Assembly (NCBI GenBank): GCA_001687465.1
Contig: LVLI01000138.1
Location: 58,086-78,085 of the forward strand
Reading direction: 5' to 3'
From: Halocafeteria seosinensis
Taxonomy: Eukaryota
Length of the DNA stretch: 20,000 bases
Part shown: positions 11,916-20,000 of the stretch, one piece after another
Layout of the letters: each line of letters starts with the position of its first letter
How positions within the stretch are numbered: position 1 is the first letter of the stretch
The notes under the pieces: model-generated
Databases searched by the model: none
Told to the model about the DNA's origin: nothing
What the model saw: only the letters and a program-made list of their open reading frames with translations
Program-made: the position numbers and the translations under genes

Positions 11916-13102
11916 TCTCCCTCGTTCTTCGAAGTGACTACATGCTGGGGGTCCTTCAGCGCTGCAACGTCCCATGTGTGGAAGTAGCCGAGTTGCAGGC
12001 CTATGACTTACCCAACCTTTCACTCTCCCGGAAAGGGTATATAAAGGATTTGACCTCTCTTCCAAATTAGAGTCTGCGTGGGGGTTAAGCACGTTGAATT
12101 TGCAAGTGGTATACATGTATGCTCCTCCGGAATCCTAGCCCGACAGAAGTGGAGGAAGGAATATTGATTGTGCCGGGACAGCAAGTCGACCACTCCATTC
12201 CCCTCTAGCACCTCACAATTTACAAAACATGATTCATTAGGCTTAGGGCATCAGACGAGCAATGCAACTGACATCCCGAGTACCGGTTTACAGTAGTTGC
12301 CTTTCCAACCCGGGAAGCCGGAGTTGGGTTTTTCGAATGCAGAATTGGCCAGCATTTCTCACTCCCAGTATATCCTGTACACGTTACTCTCTCTTGCTCT
12401 CAACTGGCTAACTGTCCGGGCCATCACTGAGTGAGACTCTAGACTACCATATGTGCCCTCCTCGGGTCTCATGTGCGATCCTCCCTGCCCGCCATCGCTT
12501 CCTCCAGGACACGAGCATTCGAACTTCGAGGAATATACAACGGCGGCATTCTGAGAATACTACTGCTGGTATGGAATAGTGTGCCTACGTACCTTATGCA
12601 GAGCGCTGCAGGGTAAATCTGTGTTTATGTGGGATCTCCCTCTTCTGGGACGACCGCAGGCCACGGGGAGGGCAAATGCTTTAGGGGAATGTTGTTCTGA
12701 GAGAAGGGGGAACTACACTATACAGCACTCGGATCTCAGTTTACTTATCAATTTGTTGCAAACCGATACAGTGATGCTTGCTGTAATCTATTCATTGGGG
12801 AAACAGTAAACTGTGTGTGGTACCCTACCCCCGGCCCGGGATCCACGCATACAGGGCGAGTTTCAGCTCGGGGGTTCAACCGTCGCTACAGTAAGCAGAA
12901 TCAGAATTCAGAGTTGGCGAGGCTTATTTATCCATGTCTTTATCTGATATTGCGTTGGAGCAAATAGCTGGAGGTAAACGGTTTAGCAAGGGAGACTTGG
13001 ATATTTCCTCCGGTTTCATTACGTGTCGTCCCACGGACGGCTCTGTCACGTACATCGTGCGTATTAGTACCATGGTATTGCTCCTACCGGAAGACGTGTA
13101 TG

Positions 13103-14130
13103 CTAGAGGTTACGCTGCGCTGTGTGAGGGGTGAACCCTACCCGGAACCGCTCCAACATCCTCACGTTGTGGCGCATCAATGTGACCGACAGTTTGACCG
13201 TCATCAGCTTGAGGAAGTTCGCATCTCCCTTGTTTCCCAGGGGGCCTGGTGCTTTTCTGGCAATTCTCTTGAGGAACTTGATCGCGTCTTCCCCGAACCA
13301 GCCCGTCGCCTCTATCGCGAACGGGATCGTTGTCGTGTGGTGGTCTCTCATATGCCCGAATTTTGTTCGCTTCATCTTCTCCGCTTTTGCCGCGATGGTC
13401 ACCTAACGGGGTCTTCCCGCTGTCGTGGCTAGGCTGTCTGCCGAGAGCGGGCTTGGCACTGTCACATCGACATAAAGTGTGCTCGTTGGGCCCTTTGCTA
13501 CCAAGTCCATTGTTAGCGGGTCTATGAGTACCTCTCTCTCCACTGGCATGTGGCTCATGCGGATGTAGTTCTCCAGTTCCATTGCTATGGTCACGACGGC
13601 GGATCCTTTGCGTGGCGTTCCCTTCTTTGCCGCACCCCAGTGCGTAGTGCAGCAGCTCGTCGATCGGTCCTTCTGTACAGCATTCACCGGATGGCACCGT
13701 AAACAAGTTAGTTTGGGGGAGCTCTAGGCGTAGGCGCAGTGCTGCCATGTACTCGGCGTCGGGGGTTTAGACGAATGCCGTACTGTATCGGATTTGGGGC
13801 ACCACCGACGGTTAGTGTAAATCCTGCTGTTCCGTCCGCTTGGCATGCTGTGGGTTCAGCGTCCCTTTCAGAGTCCGTGTAGCTACTCTCTGCAACATCT
13901 TGCCCAAATGTTTTTGTAGCTTCGGTTTGCTCCAGTAGCCTTCATAGTTCGCACCCGGGAGTCCGATCGTTTCCTGTAGGACGTTCTGACTCTCCGCACA
14001 TCATGACGGTGGCTTCTTGCGATATTGCGCGAGCGGGTCTTGCTCGTCTCCAGCCACTTAGTTAGATCGTTTTTGATGGGTCGATCGCCTCGGCGATATG
14101 CGATGTACATCTGGTAGGCTGCTGCTGACG
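13103..14130 (-). mobile_element. Degenerate 5'-truncated non-LTR retrotransposon (CRE-like, restriction-like endonuclease); C-terminal part only
   Basis: Stitched across frames: PKLQKHLGKML..., DAEYMAALRLRLELP, zinc-knuckle remnant CC..D..H..C, IAMEL, VERE, MDLV, YVDVTVPSP, AAKAEKMKRTKF, IPFAIEATG.FG..A.KFL, LSVTLMRHNVRML. In-frame stop at 13403-13405, frameshift near 13595 and further stops upstream. No RT core is present. Confidence 0.85.
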
Positions 14131-14139
14131 ATCATTCGA

Positions 14140-14450
14140 GGGTTTGTCCCATGGTTTTTGAAGGACTGAGAAACCAATAAACTGCAGTGAGTTCAGGTCA
14201 TAGTTGTGGTGAAGGAAGTACTGCTTATATTGGTGGTGGTTGTCCCTTCTGCATGTAGAGTCGTCAAATTCAGCACTTGCACATTGTACAGCAGTGGCAC
14301 GTATCGTCCATAATCATCCGTAAATTGATTCAGCAGTACAGTTCTAAACTTTCCAATCAGTTGAGCGCATAGTGTCATCAGGTGGCTTCTCCAAAAATCC
14401 TCGCTTCCATGCAAGATATGCATTCCCGATACTACTTCCGGTTCGTACTT
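14140..14450 (-). pseudogene. Probable frameshifted GT8/glycogenin-like glycosyltransferase fragment (C-terminal half)
   Basis: VVSGMHILHGSEDFW...VLLNQF...YVPLLYN in one frame, then LQFIGFSVLQKPWD in another. The order matches the GT8 motifs NSGV..L.PS / DQ.LLN / LP..YN / H..G..KPW. The match is degenerate. Confidence 0.4.
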
Positions 14451-14535
14451 CTACCCCCAGCGGTATTCTCATGGCATGTGTTATGCATCATGTATCGAAA
14501 TAATCCAAAACCAGCGTAAAACGTTCTTTTGCTAT

Positions 14536-15969
14536 CTAGTGTTGGTGGAATCGGCGCTTCTGGTTGACGGAGCGGGGAACGCACTGCGGTGGAAGCTGCT
14601 TCCTCTTTGATTTCTCGGTAGTTTTCTCTGGAGGAGATGCCTTGTGCTGGAAATGCAGTGAAGGCAGACTATGCGCCGTCTCAACGACCCATATATCCTC
14701 AGACCACTTTTGGCTTCCATTGTAATAGTAAAGCTGGCCAGTGATGTCCTGAAGACTGTTCGAGTTTCCTTCCAGAAAGGGTTCAGTCTTCAAAGTGACT
14801 GCCTCGGTGTCGTCCACTTGGTCACCTTCAAATACGCAATATTTGATATGCAGCTCATTGCCAGTACTGTCGAAGCTTTCCACAACCCCTCCCGATACAA
14901 TGCCATTTCGATCACTCCGCTTGGTGTTGTTGGAGGCCCCTCCTGATGCAAACGAGTTCGTTATATGCACAGTACCCCGATCCCCAATGTTACCGCATAT
15001 TCCTCCGGTTCTGGTAGTCATCCGCATTCCCGTACTGTAGCAATCAGATATATGCATGATTCCCTTCGCTCCTCCTGCGTTGTCTCCGGAAATTCCTCCA
15101 CTTGCTTCTCCATGCATGTCCCCCGTCGAAAAGCATCTTCTTACGAACACTCTGCCGCCGGGTAAACCAGCTCCAGCACTTTGACCGACAATGCCTCCAC
15201 TGAATCGACCCGTAATGTTTCCGGTGGAATAACACTCTGAAATGTTGACGGTACCTCCCTCATCAGCCGCGGCATACCCGGCAACCCCACCCCCCTGGTC
15301 GTGTATCTGCCCCGAAGAAGAGCAGCCGATGATTGCCAGGTGCCCATCGCGTTCAGCGGCACGACTTCCGACGATTCCTCCCGCAGCTTTTCCGATAAGA
15401 CCAGAGGATGATGAGTTATAGATGACAGAGTTGACTCCGTTACGTCCACACTTGTTTCCACAGATACCCCCTCCTGAGGCTTTCCATGTGCCTCCAATAA
15501 TTGATCCAGTGGATGTACATGAGTCAATTATGAAATTTCTCTGGTTCAGGCGCATAATGAAACCTCCTTTTGGGCCAGTGGCTCCCTTTCGCATGTGAAC
15601 ATTGCGCACTACTGGGGCTTCTTCCAAGGGATTATTCAGGCTCTTTTGGTCAATTGCAAAGAGCCCATTAAACTTCGAAGGATGGAACCCCGTCACATTT
15701 ATAAGATCAATTTCATAATGGTTCCCTTCAAAGAGCTCATTGGCTCTTAGGCGTATGAAACTGTCCGTGTCATCGGCGTAGTAATCCATCCATGTAAAGC
15801 TGCAGGTGAGTTGGAACATGCTCATAGTGACATTATAATGGAAGCATGCCTCCTTATTACCAGCAATGATGGAGCCACGAAGATTTCGCTTCGCCCTCAC
15901 TCCTCCTAGTAGCGAACATACCAGTATACAAAGGAATGTAAAGTGTATATGAATCTGAAAAGTCATCAT
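14536..15969 (-). CDS. Secreted GLUG-motif repeat protein, paralog 2, 477 aa, no intron in the CDS
   Basis: Single ORF with signal peptide (FTFLCILVCSLLGGVRA) followed by KRNLR. Six full repeats and one partial repeat, such as TVNISECYSTGNITGRFSGGIVG. Shares FI.L...E.F.G....IDL, F.GLFA, EAPV and C-terminal DI.G.LY...W...W blocks with paralog 1. Confidence 0.82.
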   Translation of the reverse strand: MMTFQIHIHFTFLCILVCSLLGGVRAKRNLRGSIIAGNKEACFHYNVTMSMFQLTCSFTWMDYYADDTDSFIRLRANELFEGNHYEIDLINVTGFHPSKFNGLFAIDQKSLNNPLEEAPVVRNVHMRKGATGPKGGFIMRLNQRNFIIDSCTSTGSIIGGTWKASGGGICGNKCGRNGVNSVIYNSSSSGLIGKAAGGIVGSRAAERDGHLAIIGCSSSGQIHDQGGGVAGYAAADEGGTVNISECYSTGNITGRFSGGIVGQSAGAGLPGGRVFVRRCFSTGDMHGEASGGISGDNAGGAKGIMHISDCYSTGMRMTTRTGGICGNIGDRGTVHITNSFASGGASNNTKRSDRNGIVSGGVVESFDSTGNELHIKYCVFEGDQVDDTEAVTLKTEPFLEGNSNSLQDITGQLYYYNGSQKWSEDIWVVETAHSLPSLHFQHKASPPEKTTEKSKRKQLPPQCVPRSVNQKRRFHQH

Positions 15970-16399
15970 CTTGGACCTTTTTTGGCCGGTGGTAACGCAG
16001 ACTCTCGCAGAGATCGTGACAGGATTCTGCTCGAATAGAGTGGTTCCCTACCATGGTATCGCAATATCTTCCAGTAATGACTGTTATGCAGTGTGACACT
16101 AATAACAATTCACCCTTTAATCCGTGGTTCACAGAAAAGTTCTTTGCGGGATTGCCCGGGTGGCCAATTCCCGCTCTGTATGATCAAGACTTCAAGTGGA
16201 ACCACTGTTCACATATCGACCGAATCGGTCAGCATTGTTGGTCGGACAACAACATTCGGTAGCAATCACTCTTCCACGGTCGCATGCCTTCGCCATACAA
16301 GCTTGCTGCTCGGTGCCCACTAAGTCACAGTGACTGCAAACAAACGATTCGTTTATCCTTACGGGCAACAAGACAACATAAAGTTAGATAAAGTTTCGG

Positions 16400-16675
16400 A
16401 ATGAGAAAGTTGCCAACCAGTTGTCCGAAGATGACAAGAAGACTGTAGAAGATGCTGTCCAAGAGACAATTGACTGGCTAGACAACAACCAGGACAAAGA
16501 GAAAGAGGAATACGAAGAGAAGCGAAAGCAGTTGGAGGAAAAGGTGAACCCTGTATTGACGAAGCTGTATGGTGGCCAAGGCGGAGCTGGTGGTGCTGGC
16601 GGCATGCCAGGTGGAATGCCAGGTGGTGGCATGCCCGGTGCTGGTGGTGGTGACGCTGGTGGCGGTGCTGACACA
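16400..16675 (+). pseudogene. HSP70: Orphan fragment of cytosolic-type HSP70 (lid helices plus GGMP tail)
   Basis: [57 protein letters not shown] followed by [14 protein letters not shown]. No ATPase or substrate-binding domain upstream and no terminal EEVD. Confidence 0.9.
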
Positions 16676-16779
16676 CAAGTTTGGGAGCCTTCCCTTAAGA
16701 ACGGGGTTACCTAGCCTGAGTTGCACCCATTGATGCGTTTGTACTGCGACTTGACTCCGTGCGACACGGTGAGAATGAC

Positions 16780-16797
16780 CAAGGGTGTTATAAGGTC
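16780..16797 (+). repeat. Left terminal inverted repeat of the hAT element
   Basis: caagggtgttataaggtc versus the reverse complement of 17898-17915 (caagggtgttatgtggtc). Confidence 0.85.
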
Positions 16798-17817
16798 TGG
16801 ACTGGACGGTCTGGACCACGCGCACACGGGTAACGCGGGCGGTCCGTGCAGGAACGTGGAACGGTAGGCGTGATCCGGGATGTGCCAGTGGTCCGTCAAA
16901 TTCAAAAAAAAAGATTCAAATTTGGCTTCCTTTTTGAAATGACTACGGCTGTAAGTCGCTAAAGTATTGGCTTTTAGTTTAAGTATGTCTGTAGACCGTA
17001 GATCTGTGTACTGTCGTCCGATGTGTGGTATCTGTTCAAACTCAAGAAGAACTCATATGGTACAGCATTGTTCTGTAGTGTATAAATCTAAGACCCCAGC
17101 TGGAACCCTTCGGAAACATCTGAACGGGAACCATCGACGCTGGGGGGACTATGTGGAGAAAGAAAAAGCTGAAGCTGTTGATGGAGCTGCTCGGAAGATG
17201 CAAAAAACCCTCAGTTCTACTTGCACGGCTCCGAGTCGGTATCAATGTGGCTCCAGTGAAGAGGTTTGTTTTCCACCGTGCTATTCAGATTGAGCAGCAC
17301 TAGAATAAGATGTACAAGCAAGCAGCGTCCGACGCAGCGTCTAAGGCAGAACTCAGCCCATTGGAATTCTGGAGAACCTACAGCGGTCAACTTCCCTTGC
17401 TCGCGGGTGCAGCGAAGCTTTTACTTCCTTTTCCAGCATCTAGTGCGCCAGCAGAGCGCACATTTTCTGCAGCTGGATTGACGCAGCATCGCTACAGAAA
17501 GAGCCTCCAGGCATCCACCCTGAAGGACCTACTCACTCTAAAGCATGTGTATCTCGGCTGGCTAGACGGAGAACGGAATGCCCCTGAACCCATTGATCAA
17601 CAAGTTATTGATTGCGAAGCAGCAACCATTTCCGAAGGGGGGCAAACAAATGAAGATGCAGCTTCAAGGGAGGATGACGAAATTCTGGAAATAGCGTAGG
17701 TCATAGAACGGCAACTTAATACGAAATACTCCGCAATTGTATAGTGATTTTTATGTTATGATATTGTAGGACAATCCTCAGGAAAATGATGCGTATAGAC
17801 CCTTCACTTTCTTGTGG

Positions 17818-17915
17818 TGTGGCACGGAACGTGGACAATGGAACGGGGCCGATGTTCCGGTCCACTTTCGTGGCACGGAACGGCACGGCACGGAACGGAC
17901 CACATAACACCCTTG
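17818..17915 (-). repeat. Right TIR plus subterminal GGCACGG/GGAACGG repeat cluster of the hAT element
   Basis: Repeated gtggcacggaacg, ggcacgg and ggaacgg units run up to the TIR. Related ggaacgtggaacgg and ccgtgc motifs occur at the left end (about 16840-16865). Confidence 0.8.
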
Positions 17916-18006
17916 TGGCACCTCAAGCTTACCTGGCTTCCGCAGGAAAGCTTGGGCAGGCAGCTTCAAGGGCACCCCCTTTCGGACACGCCCCTGGTCG
18001 GGTATT

Positions 18007-19089
18007 CTATCCAGTAGACGAAGGTTTGACAGGGCAGATCTCCGGTGTCGCCTTCGATATGGCGTCAACTAACATTGTGAAATTCTTACAATAATTCTTC
18101 TTTGCCCATGCATCGAATTCAGACTGTTGCGAAATGTAGTCGTGAATTATAAAAACGTCCTCAGGCCGTAGAAATGATTGAGTTTTTCTTTCCCTACCCT
18201 TGGGCATCCGAGAGGGTGGAGCTGGATACTTGAAGTTAAGCCCAGGGGACAGCCTGTCAAACTCCATAAGGCTGGCCTGATTCAAGATAACCTGATCTCC
18301 AGTCCCACTTTGGGGCATGATGGACCAATTGCCTCTAATTGTCGTCGCAATCAAACGACTAAACACACCTGCGCTAGGCCTCAGTATTACTACCCCAGAG
18401 TTAGCGTCTTCCCTTCCCGCTCTGTTTATGTGCACAGCTGCTTGACCATGCAAAGGTTCTACGTCGAATAGCCAATCTATGTTTCTCACAGGCCATGAGT
18501 CAATATCGAGTAAAATGATTTTATCAAATTCCGTTAACGCCCATGACATGAGTTTCGTGTGGTGGGAGGCCTCCAACGATGTAACCCGAGGATCAAACCT
18601 GGGAAATGCCCGAAGCTCCTGCACCTGATAACCGTATCGTTCAATGTTACGGACGGTTTCTTGCGAAACATCCGGATCCACAAACATGATGTGTTCGGTT
18701 TCGAAACTGCTGAACGCTTTCATTGCACACAAGAATCCACTGAGTGCTGCGTTATTCTGCCATTTCTTTCTATCCCGCTTCCGCTCATAGTAAAACGACA
18801 CAAAGGCATTCCTGTATGGGAAATGGGAACCGTCCTCAAGAATGATTAAGTAGGTCGTGGGGTACCCTTACCTTTTCCGATAGTTCGGAGGAAACGCCTC
18901 TGCATGTTTTTCCACACCCTTTGATTTGGGCATTTCAGTGCCATGAGTCTCCACGGACTGACCAACTGCTTGGGAGCTGAAGACGTTCAGGGATTTGTGT
19001 GCACCCAACAGAAGTATAAGGAGAATTATATTACCTATCCCGTATAGAAGCACGAAAAGACGCACGTGCCATCCGGTCGACATCAGCAT
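18007..19089 (-). CDS. GT8-family (glycogenin-like fold) glycosyltransferase, type II membrane protein, 2 exons, 340 aa
   Basis: Exons 19089-18872 (TM segment LFVLLYGIGNIILLILLLG plus stem) and 18811-18007, joined by a 60-nt GTAAGG..TACAG intron. Motifs HTKLMSWALTEFDKIILLDID (DxD), NIDWLF, NSGVVILRPS, GDQVILN, IIH. Confidence 0.85.
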
Positions 19090-20000
19090 TGTGAGCTTTC
19101 CTCGTGTCGTAAATGCACCGCCCCCAATATGATACCATGAGATGAGGATCCTTTTACTTGAAGAGCACGACTTCTACAAAACGCAAACGCAGTGCCACTG
19201 TGACAGGGTGGCACAAAAGTGAAGTTACTTGGGTCCGGTTACGTGGGAAGGTATGTAACCTATACTACTTCGACTTCCCAGTTTCCCATATTTACCGTCT
19301 ATTTGTACACTAAAAAGGTCATCATAGTAATCTATGCTCTTCTTTGTTTTCTTTCGTGCATGTATCGTATACTATCGTTGATTTAGATGCCCTTTGTGAG
19401 GGACGGTTTACTCCGAGTCTTGGTCAGTGAGACCGTAGATGAAGACCTGATATGGAGCATTCGTACTACACTAATGATTCCATTGTTTTCCTCCAATCAT
19501 CGGTACTTCCGTAATCGTCTGTTGCTCGTTTGTCTGAGCACCTCATCTCCAGAGCCCATCGTCGCTACGCCTCCGCCGAGTGTCTACCCCAAACACACAG
19601 CCTTACAATGAACGGTACCAAGAAGCATAGGCAACACACGGCTTCTTTTAACATAATGAATATACATGTATTGTTCATATGCAATATTATAGGCACAAAT
19701 GATAGTGGTTGATTAGGTTACATGAGGTTCATGTAACTTTTGCGCCACCCTGCCGGACAGCGACTTCTGCACCTACGGACACTCGACGGGTACCCGCGTG
19801 TCGTCCGCCCGAGCTTCGGGCTTCTTCGGGCGGAGTAAACCACCTCAAACCCCACTTATGATCCACTATTACAGCCGTATTGGCTCTATATGCGATTTCA
19901 CAAGAACACGGGAGACTGGGTAGTGCTAGCTGCAATTGGCTTCATTTAAGCGACCACGCTTGGCTAGGCTGACTTGACCCACTTAGTGAACGCCGAGGGC

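Larger units (their letters stand above)
16780..17915 (+). mobile_element. Non-autonomous, internally deleted hAT DNA transposon (1136 bp)
   Basis: TIRs CAAGGGTGTTAT at 16780-16791 and ATAACACCCTTG at 17904-17915 (16/18 match when extended). Frameshifted BED finger (SDVWYLF...HCSVVYK..GTLRKHLNGNH, about 17017-17140). hAT dimerisation domain PLEFW...PLLA..A..LL.FPASSAPAERTFSAAG...R.SL in ORF 17310-17699. The catalytic core between the two domains is missing. Confidence 0.9.

Noticed and set aside
11916..12116. 67-aa N-terminal extension of the GLUG-1 ORF
   Set aside because: It precedes a clear signal peptide and has no counterpart in paralog 2, so it is likely UTR.
16053..16323. Short plus-strand ORFs upstream of the HSP70 fragment
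   Set aside because: No HSP70 similarity or other motif; they cannot be spliced into a credible HSP70.
17818..17900. Short repeats considered as a CRISPR-like array
   Set aside because: The units are 5-13 nt without regular spacers and are explained as hAT subterminal repeats.
233..19089. Functional clustering (MTHFR with methyltransferase; PGM3 with GT8)
   Set aside because: The genes are separated by unrelated loci and are common housekeeping functions; there is no evidence of co-regulation.
19251..19611. Plus-strand intron-like segment (19251-19386) followed by a 74-aa ORF
   Set aside because: No upstream in-frame ATG exon and no recognisable product; at most a non-coding divergent transcript.

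Overview
Eukaryotic DNA, probably from a protist (stramenopile-like, which is a guess), with short GT-AG introns mostly 60-100 nt long. The window has two compartments. (1) About 0.2-9.0 kb is a compact, intron-rich core block. It holds a 7-exon DOT1-like SAM methyltransferase, two tandem ML/NPC2-type lipid-binding paralogs, phosphoacetylglucosamine mutase (PGM3) head-to-head with a 4-exon orphan gene, and an MTHFR that has only the catalytic domain. (2) About 9.1-20 kb is an accessory mosaic. It holds two diverged secreted GLUG-repeat paralogs whose CDSs lack introns and which carry an RxL(R) motif after the signal peptide. It also holds a decayed 5'-truncated CRE-like RLE non-LTR retrotransposon, a probable GT8 pseudogene fragment, an orphan HSP70 C-terminal fragment, an internally deleted hAT transposon with both TIRs, and an intact type II membrane GT8 glycosyltransferase. 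Exon structures were spliced by hand and every junction kept the reading frame. No database searches were run; family calls rest on recalled motifs.
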